Shown: piece after piece, positions 40,105-49,334 of the stretch
Numbering within the stretch: position 1 is the stretch's first letter
Layout: each line of letters starts with the position of its first letter
NCBI GenBank assembly: GCA_964464605.1
Contig: CAYXJN010000006.1
Coordinates: 1 to 64,000, forward strand
DNA length: 64,000 bases
Direction of reading: 5' to 3'
Source: an uncultured Ignavibacteriales bacterium
GTDB taxonomy: Bacteria; Zixibacteria; MSB-5A5; GN15; FEB-12
Notes under the pieces: model-generated
What the model saw: the letters and a program-made list of their open reading frames with translations, nothing else
The model's database searches: none
What the model was told of the DNA's origin: nothing
Made by a program: the position numbers and the translations under genes

Positions 40105-41208
40105 ATGATGGAGTTTCAGCAGTTTTTACATTCATCCGGCTTCGCCCGATTGCAACGTGAACTCGAACGGGAACCGGCTGGACCGGTCGATTTAAGCCGG
40201 ACGGCATCGCTTGATGTTACCCGCGATTTATATCAGGAAGCGGATGCGCGCGGACTTTCGGTGACGGAGTTGTTGGAGTGTGATGAATATGATCCCTCTC
40301 CGGCCGGATCACCGCTTGATGCGTTTGAACGTCAGCTCATGTTAGCCGGAGTTCGTTTGGGCGGTAAACAGCCGACAACAGTCGAGCAATTCTTTCAGCA
40401 GGCGCCGGCGCTGATGCCGGAGTTTATGCTGCGTGAATTGAAACGGGGTCAGGGGATGCGTCCTGAGTTGAATCGACTTATCGCCAACTCAACGGCAGTC
40501 GCATCGAACAAGTACACGCCGTTTTTTGTCGATACGTCGCAAAAAACGAAGTTGTCACTTCGTCCGGTAGGGGATGGCGCCGAGATTCCGCAGTTGGTCG
40601 TTACCGAGCAGTTGCATGCAGTAACCGTGACCGATTACGGCTTGGCGCTTAAGACCAGTTACAAAGCATTACGATATCGGACAACGTCACAGTTTCGCGT
40701 ATTGCTCTGGTATATCGGGTTTCGGATTCAGACCGATAAAATCGGGATGCTGGTGAACACGATTATCAACGGTGACGGGAACAGCAACAGCGCGACGGTG
40801 GTGAATGCTGCTTCAAGCGGTACGCTGACCTACAATGACTTGATAACGCTCTGGGCGCAGTTTGATCCGTTCGAGATGAATACGATTATCTGCCATGTAA
40901 ACCAGCTCAAAACGGTTCTGACGATGGATGAATTTAAAGATCCGATGGCCGGGTTCCGTTTCCAGGGGCAGGGGGAATTGTTCTCACCACTCGGAGCGAC
41001 GTTGGTGCGTTCGGATGATGTACCGACCGATTATGTGATCGGGTTAGATAATCGATTTGCCATTGAAGAAGTGGTAACCCAGCCGTTAATGGTGGAATAC
41101 GACAAAGTGATCGACCAGCGTTTTGAAGAAGCGGTTATCACGGAGTCAGTCAGTTTTGCCAAAGTCATCAAAGAGGCGGCGGTGATTCTCGATGTGACCT
41201 TTGCATAA
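40105..41208 (+). CDS. Phage major capsid protein (HK97-like fold inferred)
   Basis: LDAFERQL, L.PEF..R, V.DGAEIP, YG..L..SY.ALR, INGDGN, E.DK.ID...E...IT. Confidence 0.82.
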   Translation: MMEFQQFLHSSGFARLQRELEREPAGPVDLSRTASLDVTRDLYQEADARGLSVTELLECDEYDPSPAGSPLDAFERQLMLAGVRLGGKQPTTVEQFFQQAPALMPEFMLRELKRGQGMRPELNRLIANSTAVASNKYTPFFVDTSQKTKLSLRPVGDGAEIPQLVVTEQLHAVTVTDYGLALKTSYKALRYRTTSQFRVLLWYIGFRIQTDKIGMLVNTIINGDGNSNSATVVNAASSGTLTYNDLITLWAQFDPFEMNTIICHVNQLKTVLTMDEFKDPMAGFRFQGQGELFSPLGATLVRSDDVPTDYVIGLDNRFAIEEVVTQPLMVEYDKVIDQRFEEAVITESVSFAKVIKEAAVILDVTFA

Positions 41209-41219
41209 GAGGCCTGTGC

Positions 41220-41246
41220 AGGCGCGCTTTATCATGAGCGCGCCTT
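41220..41246 (+). terminator. Hairpin after MCP (partial terminator or mRNA stabiliser)
   Basis: AGGCGCGCT-N8-AGCGCGCCT; weak U tract. Confidence 0.5.
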
Positions 41247-41269
41247 CATCTATTTGTAAATGAGGGGGT

Positions 41270-42682
41270 ATGCTCAAAAAACTCAGTGATACAACTGCAT
41301 CGTATCCGCTCGGGTATCCGGCCGGTACGAAATTGTTCAAAATAGAATCGGGTGAGTTCGCCGGTCGGCAGGTCGCGCTGTTTCATACGGCGGCTGCGGA
41401 GATTGCACTCAGTTATGCGGATACACCGTACGTGACATGGTCCTCTCCGGTGGTGGTAGCTTCCGATTCGGCCAACAGCGCGTTCGACTGCGCTATGACG
41501 GAATCGAATGATTTACATTTGGTCTACGCCGAAAATGGAACGAATGCGTTAGTGACGCGAAAGTTGACGTTCAGCGCGGGGAACTGGTCGGCGGGAAGTA
41601 AAGTCACGATTTATAATGTTGATCCGTCATCTCGTCCCTGCGCGTTAGTCGATCATCTCGGCACGATCTGGGTTGCCTGGTCTCGCGCCAACGGCGGCGC
41701 GGAATATGCGAATGTAAAATCTTCGACCGATGAGGGTGCGACCTGGGGGAGTGGTGTTACCGATGACGGAGACACTATTACACCGGGGACGATTGCCGCA
41801 CATGTTCGTTTGTTGCGCCGGGAAGCGGTGTTGTATGCCGTGTATGTAACGGGAACGTCGAAGGTTGCTATTGCCAGTCGACCACTGCCATCAGGAAGCT
41901 GGGGAACTGAAACGACAATTGCTGCCGTGCTCACGCTCGATCAGCATTTTGATGCGGCAGTTTCCAATGATGGCGCTATCGGCGTGGTATATGATCACGG
42001 GCAGCTCAAGTTTCGTGAATTCGACGGGGCGAGTTGGGGAGCGGTGGCAACACTGGATGCCTCCGGCGGGTCTTTTCCGCAGGTTCGGTATGTCGGCAAT
42101 GTGCCGCTTGTTTACTATTTATCGACGAACGGCGCCGATCAGGTGCAGATCAAATATGTAGAGCGAAGAAGCGGCAGTTTTTCATCACCGCAGAGTCTGG
42201 ATTCCCGATCTCGTACGTTTGACAAAGTACTGCTTTACCATACCGGCACGACGACTTATCAAAATCTGACGACAGAAGCGGCGAATGCGACGACTGCCGA
42301 TATCCTGCATGCAAATTCCGGACGAATTGTTTCGGCAATCGGTGATAAGTTGTTTTTGGGGATGGATGTCAAGTTTCGCTATTGCAAATGGCTGTTGTCG
42401 ACTGCCGGGAGCGGCGGGTCTGTTTCTTACAGTTACTGGAACGGCTCCGACTGGCAGGTGTTTACTCCTGCAGCAGGAACATTCAATTTGGATGCGACGG
42501 ATAAAGATTACCTGCTCTGGGCAGATTTTGCCTCCGTTCCGGATGACTGGCAGAAAAACACGGTTAACGGTGAAACCTGTTTCTGGATTAAGGTAGAAGC
42601 GATTTCCGCATTTACGACCGGTCCGATAGGATCGCAGATAACCACGATTTCAGATATCACCGCGCTGAGTGTGAGGAGGTAA
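41270..42682 (+). CDS. Beta-propeller plus beta-sandwich protein without signal peptide (possible virion receptor-binding protein)
   Basis: Repeated W-S/G..turn and L.V.Y blades, Asp-box SSTDEGATW, C-terminal YWNGSDW...FWIKV. Confidence 0.55.
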   Translation: MLKKLSDTTASYPLGYPAGTKLFKIESGEFAGRQVALFHTAAAEIALSYADTPYVTWSSPVVVASDSANSAFDCAMTESNDLHLVYAENGTNALVTRKLTFSAGNWSAGSKVTIYNVDPSSRPCALVDHLGTIWVAWSRANGGAEYANVKSSTDEGATWGSGVTDDGDTITPGTIAAHVRLLRREAVLYAVYVTGTSKVAIASRPLPSGSWGTETTIAAVLTLDQHFDAAVSNDGAIGVVYDHGQLKFREFDGASWGAVATLDASGGSFPQVRYVGNVPLVYYLSTNGADQVQIKYVERRSGSFSSPQSLDSRSRTFDKVLLYHTGTTTYQNLTTEAANATTADILHANSGRIVSAIGDKLFLGMDVKFRYCKWLLSTAGSGGSVSYSYWNGSDWQVFTPAAGTFNLDATDKDYLLWADFASVPDDWQKNTVNGETCFWIKVEAISAFTTGPIGSQITTISDITALSVRR

Positions 42683-42683
42683 C

Positions 42684-43493
42684 ATGTCATACACCAATGC
42701 GGATGTTTTACGACAGTATTTATCTTCTCCCTATCCGACTCTCGACTCAGTTTTCGATCAGCCTGTCACACTCAGGAATATCGATGCGGTTCAGTTTTTC
42801 GGCGGTTCGGTTGAGGCGGAGTCGGTTGTAGTAAAAAGTCTTCAGATCAATGAACTAACCCGCACGACCGGAGCATTTGTAGCGGGGCAGCTTTCGATTG
42901 GCGGCAATCGGATTGTCAGGGGATCGGTGTTGATTGCGACAGATAGTTCGCTCGGAACGGTGTTCACGGAAAATCTCGACTATATCGTCGATTATGCCTC
43001 CGGTACTATTACGCGCAAAACAGGCGGGGCGTTGAGTGACGGAGTGTTGTATACGATTTGGTATACACCGTATACGCTGTATGAGTTAGATACTGATTAT
43101 GAACTCAATGCCGGAGATGGGGAAATAAACAGACTCAACGGCGGCGCAATTGCTTCCGGTGAAACGGTATTTCTTGATTTCGTTCCGGTCTATGCAAGTT
43201 TCGGTGAAGAAGTGCTGGAGCTTGCCGCAATTGAAGCGAATGCGCTGGTCGAAGCGGAGATCGATCCGCAACAACAGTATGGTGGTAATCCGGTTTTGCG
43301 GGCGGCGGCGACTTGTTTGGGATTGGCCATTGTCTGCCGAACGTCGGCCTCGCGCGAGCTTTCCCGTTTGCGTGGTGAAGAACGGACCGCATCGGGCTGG
43401 ATAAAGTTAGCGGAATCTTATGCAGAGCGGGGAGAACAGTTGATAAAAGCATTTCGTCCGGCAATGACCGGTCCGGCGGCACCGACACATTAA
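42684..43493 (+). CDS. Head-tail adaptor-like protein with inserted beta domains
   Basis: N-terminal MSYT....L..Y; repeated E..DY..D...G.I.R..GG; C-terminal L..A...A.A.VEA.I...LR.AA..L.....W. Confidence 0.55.
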   Translation: MSYTNADVLRQYLSSPYPTLDSVFDQPVTLRNIDAVQFFGGSVEAESVVVKSLQINELTRTTGAFVAGQLSIGGNRIVRGSVLIATDSSLGTVFTENLDYIVDYASGTITRKTGGALSDGVLYTIWYTPYTLYELDTDYELNAGDGEINRLNGGAIASGETVFLDFVPVYASFGEEVLELAAIEANALVEAEIDPQQQYGGNPVLRAAATCLGLAIVCRTSASRELSRLRGEERTASGWIKLAESYAERGEQLIKAFRPAMTGPAAPTH

Positions 43494-43505
43494 GAAAGGG
43501 GAGAT

Positions 43506-43880
43506 ATGTTTTCAGCGTTTGAGCGAATTGCAGCAAAACGAAGTTGGTTAGTGCCCGGATTTGTGATCTGGGGATTGCCGAGCTGGGAAGAAGCTACATT
43601 TTTGGTGGCGGAACATATCGGAAGTGCTGATTCGATTTATTATGGCTCGGTTGATATCGGAGATGCTTCCCAGTCAGTCACTTTTTCATCACTTCTCGAT
43701 CATCGCGGGAATTATCTTCCTGAAACACTCAGCAAGCCGGTGGTGATGATTCGCCCCCGTTCGGAAACGGCGGCTTTTATAGTGGAGCAGGAATCCAGCA
43801 GGGGTTTCAAAGTTGCACGGGATTCATCGGCCGTAGAACCTGCGGTTGTTGATCTGTTGATTGTTGAGATGGGTGAATAG
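43506..43880 (+). CDS. Hypothetical protein of the phage-like module
   Basis: RBS GGGGAG; co-oriented with tight spacing. Confidence 0.6.
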   Translation: MFSAFERIAAKRSWLVPGFVIWGLPSWEEATFLVAEHIGSADSIYYGSVDIGDASQSVTFSSLLDHRGNYLPETLSKPVVMIRPRSETAAFIVEQESSRGFKVARDSSAVEPAVVDLLIVEMGE

Positions 43881-44159
43881 ATGCCGCGAAAAAAAGCAGT
43901 ACCGGCACCATTGCCGAATGATCTGGAATTACTTGACGATTTAATTAGAAAATGCTGTGCGGAGCTTTGTAAAAGTACAAAAATGAATGCGAAACTGGGG
44001 GATTTCATAAAGATGGTCGAGTTACGAAGAGAATTGGCGCCGGCGAAATCGGAACAACAAAAGTTCTGGGAGATGCTGGAGGGAGTGCGGAAGGCTACGC
44101 TGCAAAAAAAGACGCAGGAACCGAAACCGGCTCCTGCGAACAAGCGAAAGACCTCATGA
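43881..44159 (+). CDS. Small basic helical protein (possible small terminase)
   Basis: 92 aa, Lys-rich termini, abuts the previous stop codon. Confidence 0.5.
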   Translation: MPRKKAVPAPLPNDLELLDDLIRKCCAELCKSTKMNAKLGDFIKMVELRRELAPAKSEQQKFWEMLEGVRKATLQKKTQEPKPAPANKRKTS

Positions 44160-44170
44160 GATGTGACGCG

Positions 44171-46315
44171 CTATCGGCACGGAGCACCGGCGCCACCAAA
44201 AAGAAAATTCATATAGTAAACTACGTCGGCTATGTTTACCCGGTTATCACAATTTGCATCGGCCCGTCCGGCGCCACCTACCGGTGCCGGACCGGTGCCA
44301 CGGACAAAGGCGATCAAGTAGTTGAGATCGAGCAAATTGGAAGAGGCGTCTCCAGTGTAATCACCGGCAGCAAAACTTTGTGAACAATCATATTGCACTA
44401 ACACGGTCGATGAACCCTGCTGATTGGTTGCATCCGTTCCCAGCGAGCGAAGATACAACCAGGTACCGTTGCTGATACCGCCGGGAGACCAGCTGAATGA
44501 CCAGCCGTTGGCGCCGTTCATATCCGATCCGATAGCGGTGCGAGTTACTGACCAGTCTGTCGGTGAAATGGTGAGCATAGCATCGAGATTTTTCCAGCCG
44601 CCTTCAAACCAAATCTGGCCGGACGCGCCGTTCATGCGAAATTGCACATCCTGAATCGAACCGTAGTTCGGTATTGCGGCTTTGAGATAAAAGCTGCTGT
44701 CCGGCTGCTGCCAGTTGACAAAGCCTTCCATCGTTATCCATGTTCCGGGATTGCCGCCGATAGCGAGCATAACTGCTTGCTGTTGTTCTTCAACCGCAGT
44801 GCGAATATCGAAATAATCCGGTATGCGGGTGTATGTCACTTTCAGATTGACGCCGGTAGCCAAACCATATTCCTGAATTCCTTTGACGACATCTTCATCG
44901 TACGTACCTTTGTAGGTTCTCGTCAAAAAGCGGGTCGCTAATTTTTCGGCGAGTGATTTGGCGTTGATCGATGCACCATTATCTTTCATGAGATTCGTAT
45001 ACCCGCGATCGCTCCAGAGTCTGAGCGCCATCGCTGCGGCCACGGGTGCATTGTAGTAATCACCGAACTCACCGTTCACGGCGAGGTTGTTATCGTTCAG
45101 ATTGCCATTGTTATCACCGACTGCGAACTGGCTTAAGGGAATGATCCCTGCCGAATAGCTGCCAACGGCATTTTTGCTGAACATGGCAATCGATTGTAAG
45201 TTTTCATCCATGGTCGAGAAAGCGACATTGACCGGCGCGCAGATTTTCCCACCTGAGAGCGGAATGGTAATAGTCGGAACGGGTGGTGTCGGTTCAAGGA
45301 AAACAGTGACGCTGTCCACCGAGGATCTTCCCAGCGTATCGACAGCCACAACTTTCAGTTTTTGCATTCCTTCCGGACGGGCATTGAAATTCCAATCAAG
45401 GCTCCAGCCATCGCCGACACCCGTGGAACCGACGCCATTACGGAACGGCGCAGTGCCGCTGTAATCGCGGCCGATTTCGGTATAGGCGCTTCCGTTCCAG
45501 TACTGGAAAGAAACGTAATCGATAATATCTGATCCGGAAGTTTCCGCTGCCCACAAATTTGCTGAACCGAATAGCGTGTCGGCATTAAGCGGATAGCGAA
45601 ATGAAATTACTGGCTCTGGTTGTTCACCGCCACCGCTGCCGCCGGGAATACCGGCTGCATATAGAATTAACTGGCCGGGAAAACCGACAGCGGTATCAAG
45701 CGGAACAAACCCGATAGCGGTATCCCAGATGTTCCAGGCCTGACATTCGACCGGAATCGTGTCGGTAATGACTGCCGCACCGACTGCGGGGTCAAATACA
45801 TCGCCGATATAAAATCCTGCAAAAAAAGGAGAAGTGACCGTAACAAACGTGTCTAACGGGAGCCATATGTTATATAAACCTGCGGCAGGAACGGTAATCG
45901 AATAGGGAGAGGAGATGGCGATGAGATTGCCGGGAGCGGGACAGCTTGGGTCGCTCATATCAGCCAGTTCAATATCAACCGAAGCGGTGAAGGTAACGCC
46001 GGCATCGAACCACATCATCATATTGATTTCCGTCACCTGAAACGGATAGGGGGCATCGCAGGTCAGCGACGGGTCGAGATAGTTTTTGTAGAGTTCATTG
46101 CCGACTACCCAGCCGTTGATAATCCAGTATTCGCCGGCATCATGCCGGACAACGCAGGTATCGCTGGTGGCCATACCGGTACCTATATGGATACTTTTAC
46201 TTTCCTGCTGCTGCAACCGTTCGACACGAGCTTGCTCTTTGCGGATAGTTTCTGCTTGTACGACACTAACGAAACACGCAATACAGAGAATAGTACAAAG
46301 CAGTCGGGACAACAT
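44171..46315 (-). CDS. Secreted multidomain protein with degenerate C39-like peptidase domain and C-terminal dockerin-like domain
   Basis: Signal peptide from MLSRLL; Ig-like segments; P.AAAMAL..W; GDYTGD...DL.YLI / DANCD..VNIADVVY. Confidence 0.75.
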   Translation of the reverse strand: MLSRLLCTILCIACFVSVVQAETIRKEQARVERLQQQESKSIHIGTGMATSDTCVVRHDAGEYWIINGWVVGNELYKNYLDPSLTCDAPYPFQVTEINMMMWFDAGVTFTASVDIELADMSDPSCPAPGNLIAISSPYSITVPAAGLYNIWLPLDTFVTVTSPFFAGFYIGDVFDPAVGAAVITDTIPVECQAWNIWDTAIGFVPLDTAVGFPGQLILYAAGIPGGSGGGEQPEPVISFRYPLNADTLFGSANLWAAETSGSDIIDYVSFQYWNGSAYTEIGRDYSGTAPFRNGVGSTGVGDGWSLDWNFNARPEGMQKLKVVAVDTLGRSSVDSVTVFLEPTPPVPTITIPLSGGKICAPVNVAFSTMDENLQSIAMFSKNAVGSYSAGIIPLSQFAVGDNNGNLNDNNLAVNGEFGDYYNAPVAAAMALRLWSDRGYTNLMKDNGASINAKSLAEKLATRFLTRTYKGTYDEDVVKGIQEYGLATGVNLKVTYTRIPDYFDIRTAVEEQQQAVMLAIGGNPGTWITMEGFVNWQQPDSSFYLKAAIPNYGSIQDVQFRMNGASGQIWFEGGWKNLDAMLTISPTDWSVTRTAIGSDMNGANGWSFSWSPGGISNGTWLYLRSLGTDATNQQGSSTVLVQYDCSQSFAAGDYTGDASSNLLDLNYLIAFVRGTGPAPVGGAGRADANCDNRVNIADVVYYMNFLFGGAGAPCR

Positions 46316-46551
46316 GAAAAGTCTCCTTATCAGGGACGGTTTGGGTGACATTAGTGTAATTATCGAACAGATCGCCCAAGACTTAACCCCCGTATTTTCG
46401 TTATTGGTTTGTCGCCAAGAGCGAATTCCATTCATAAACAGCTGTGCAGGCTTTGCGCAGGAGAGAATTGCGGTGCACAAGGGGTATAAACCGGGAAAAA
46501 GAAGAGAAGAATTGTGGCCAATTCTCGTGTTTCTGCCGATGAGATACCAGT

Positions 46552-48075
46552 ATGTCTGAGAATACCACCCTTACGGCCGTGAAGCCCCAGGTACGCGTAC
46601 TGGTTGTCGATGATGAACCGCTGATGAGCGCCATTGTCGTAAAAGCGCTTGCCTCGGAAAAGTATGAAGTTGAAGCGGTCAACGACCCGGTTGCCGCGAT
46701 CAACTACCTGCGGGAACATCGCGTCGATATCGTCATTACCGATTTGATGATGGGGAATCATACGGGGATGGAAATTCTTGATGCCGCCAAAGCGCAGCAG
46801 AAAGATGCTGTGGTTATTTTAATGACGGCGAATCCGACGGTACAAAATGCCGTGACTGCGCTCAAAAGCGGCGCCTATGATTTCCTGGTCAAGCCTTTCA
46901 AATTAGAAGTGCTGAAAGCAGCTGTTGCCCGCGCTATTTCCCACCAGCGGATAATGCGGGAAAACTTCCGTTTGAAAGAGCAGGTTTCGTTCTTACAAGT
47001 TGCCAATGCTCCGTCGGACAGCTTTGACTTAGAAAAACTGTTTCATCTGATTGCGTCATCCTGCAAGGCGGAATTGTCTGCCCGTGCGGTCGGAATAATC
47101 GAAATCGATTCGACACAAAAAACCGGTGGCCAGACGGCATTTTTAGGTGATTCGATATATCACGATGAAGTTATGTCGACTACGGCGTTGTCGATGTTTT
47201 CGGACGGCCATTTCCGCGTATTGGTTACGCCGGATGAAGTTAAAGCCGATGACGGTTCCAAGCGGTTGTCGATTACGCAGCCGATTTTGATTAAAGGGAA
47301 GCTGCTCGGTATTATCAATTTAGTCGTCTTCGAAAAATTCGGACAAATTTCCGCCTCCCAATTCGATGTGCTTTCGGTGCTGGCTTCTTCGGCGGCAACC
47401 GCGATTGAAAATCATCGTCTGTATCGTGATTTGCATAACTCCTATCTTTATGCTATTCGCGCATTGGCCAACGCGATTGAAGCGCGGGATCAGTACACCA
47501 AAGGCCACACCGACCGTGTCTGTAAATTGGCTGAGTTGTTAGCGCATGAACTCGGTTGGGACGGGGAGCGTATCGAGACACTGGTGAACGGCTGTATGCT
47601 TCATGATATCGGAAAAATCGGTGTGCCGGATTCGATTTTGAATAAGGCCGGCCGGTTGGATGAAAGCGAAGTGGTGTTAATGCGGGCGCATCCGGAAATC
47701 GGATTACGCATTATTGAAGGGATTAAACTCTTCGAACCTGCTGCTCCGTATGTATTATTCCATCATGAGAATTTCGACGGCAGCGGCTATCCGGCCGGGT
47801 TGCGGGGTGAAGAAATCCCGATTGAAGGACGACTGTTGGCTGTTGTGGATACGTTCGACGCGATCATGTCCGACCGCCCGTACCGCAAAGGAGCATCGAT
47901 GTCCCATGCGGTTGGAGAATTGACCCGCAATAAAGGTACGCAGTTTGATCCGTCTATTGTGGATGAATTCGTTCGATTGGCAGAGCGCAAAAAGGATCAT
48001 ATAATCGCGCTCTATCGCCGTGAAAAAACGGCAGCGTCGGCTGTTTTAGAATCTACCGAAATGGTACCGGCGTAA
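46552..48075 (+). CDS. REC-GAF-HD-GYP c-di-GMP phosphodiesterase
   Basis: VLVVDDE receiver; T.GH..RV, LHDIGK, HHENFDGSGYP, RPYRK. Confidence 0.93.
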   Translation: MSENTTLTAVKPQVRVLVVDDEPLMSAIVVKALASEKYEVEAVNDPVAAINYLREHRVDIVITDLMMGNHTGMEILDAAKAQQKDAVVILMTANPTVQNAVTALKSGAYDFLVKPFKLEVLKAAVARAISHQRIMRENFRLKEQVSFLQVANAPSDSFDLEKLFHLIASSCKAELSARAVGIIEIDSTQKTGGQTAFLGDSIYHDEVMSTTALSMFSDGHFRVLVTPDEVKADDGSKRLSITQPILIKGKLLGIINLVVFEKFGQISASQFDVLSVLASSAATAIENHRLYRDLHNSYLYAIRALANAIEARDQYTKGHTDRVCKLAELLAHELGWDGERIETLVNGCMLHDIGKIGVPDSILNKAGRLDESEVVLMRAHPEIGLRIIEGIKLFEPAAPYVLFHHENFDGSGYPAGLRGEEIPIEGRLLAVVDTFDAIMSDRPYRKGASMSHAVGELTRNKGTQFDPSIVDEFVRLAERKKDHIIALYRREKTAASAVLESTEMVPA

Positions 48076-49231
48076 ACGACAATACCATAATAACACACGA
48101 AATAATACCCATAGCGAACGCCACACGGCTTAACGGGCGGTCATCGTTGAGCGTCGGCGGATGATTGACGCCGAAGAATAACCCGAATGCCGCAAAGAAC
48201 CACCAGGTCGGTGAAGAGAATCCCAGCAAAATCAATCCGACTAACGCGATTTTTCCTAGTGCATACTGATTTTTTCTGCCGAGCCCATAGGCAATATGAC
48301 CGCCGTCGAGTTGCCCGATAGGTAAGAGATTGATTGCGGTTACCAGAAGCCCGACCCATCCGGCAAAAGCCGCTTCAGTCAGACGATAAAAATGATCAAC
48401 AGGCAGCGGGCCGATCAGAAGTGGTGCGAGGTAATGCATGAGAATCGATTCTCCTTCGAGTGAAAAGAGCATCTGGTCGGGAGAAAAATCTGTTTGCGGG
48501 AGAATCGTCGATTTGGTAAGTCCGTACACGAGCCAGCCGACCGCGACGATCCATCCGGCGATTGGTCCGGCCGCGCCGACTTCGATCAAATCCCGTCGAT
48601 TCCAAAACGGAGATTTCGATTTTATTACTGCCCCGAAGGTCCCGATGATATTTGGTGCCGGAATGAAATACGGCCATGAGGTGACTATTTGTCTTCTTCG
48701 TCCGGCGATGAAATGTCCCATTTCGTGAATTAATAAAATCGAAATCATGGCGATGGTAAATTCAATTCCTGCGCCTGTTGCGAGGTCGTTGATAGTTTCA
48801 AGCCAGGTGAATTGGATACCGGTCATAATAAAGGTGATTTCATGCGCAAACGAGAGTGACGTGGTTTGCGGTGCGAGTAATTGCTTCGCGGCGATTTCAA
48901 GCCCGGTGCTCAGATTGCTAAAAAACACCGGAACGATATAGACTGATAATAACGTCAGAATAAATAACAGCAGATTGATGCGGGGAATTTTGAAGGACAA
49001 TTTCGGGTCGATGGTAAGCATAACCGATTCACCGCGATCGACCAGTGTAAACGTATACCCCGCCGTTTTCAACCGTTCCCGCAGTAGCGAAACTGCTTTG
49101 GCCTGTTGAAACGAACTGGTCAGCGAAAGAACGTACATTTTTTCCTGCTGGTACACAGAAGCAATAGTGAAGAGATCGGCCACGAGCCGTGAGACAGTGG
49201 CAAAATCAGTGTCAATCGTGTTGTTTTCCAT
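48053..49231 (-). CDS. Site-2 protease (M50)
   Basis: HEMGH, AGP.AG, NLLPIGQLDGGH; multiple TM segments. Confidence 0.93.
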   Translation of the reverse strand: MENNTIDTDFATVSRLVADLFTIASVYQQEKMYVLSLTSSFQQAKAVSLLRERLKTAGYTFTLVDRGESVMLTIDPKLSFKIPRINLLLFILTLLSVYIVPVFFSNLSTGLEIAAKQLLAPQTTSLSFAHEITFIMTGIQFTWLETINDLATGAGIEFTIAMISILLIHEMGHFIAGRRRQIVTSWPYFIPAPNIIGTFGAVIKSKSPFWNRRDLIEVGAAGPIAGWIVAVGWLVYGLTKSTILPQTDFSPDQMLFSLEGESILMHYLAPLLIGPLPVDHFYRLTEAAFAGWVGLLVTAINLLPIGQLDGGHIAYGLGRKNQYALGKIALVGLILLGFSSPTWWFFAAFGLFFGVNHPPTLNDDRPLSRVAFAMGIISCVIMVLSFTPVPFR

Positions 49232-49271
49232 GAGCAGTAGTATAGAACCGAATCGGTACTGCGGGTGAGAT

Positions 49272-49304
49272 AAAAAAAGAAGCGAGGACTTTCGTCCTCG
49301 CTTC
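49272..49304 (-). terminator. Intrinsic terminator
   Basis: Minus strand GAAGCGAGGAC-GAAA-GTCCTCGCTTC-T7. Confidence 0.88.
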
Positions 49305-49334
49305 CTTGTATGATTTGAAACGAGTCAAATCAAA

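Larger units (their letters stand above)
34148..44159 (+). mobile_element. Phage-derived head/packaging module (candidate GTA-like or domesticated element, or prophage remnant)
   Basis: Co-oriented portal, TerL, prohead protease, scaffold-like, decoration, MCP and adaptor-like genes; no integrase, replication, tail or endolysin gene recognised. Confidence 0.8.

Noticed and set aside
39257..40207. 316-aa minus-strand ORF
   Set aside because: Antisense shadow across three well-supported plus-strand genes; no recognisable motifs.
39677..41208. Encapsulin nanocompartment
   Set aside because: Portal and terminase genes point to DNA packaging; no typical cargo enzyme is adjacent.
34148..44159. 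Complete inducible prophage
   Set aside because: No integrase, repressor, replication, tail or endolysin gene recognised, no att repeats spotted, and both flanks are host-type genes.
48053..48075. Convergent 3' overlaps (also 3897-3907)
   Set aside because: Short tail-to-tail overlaps are common in compact genomes.
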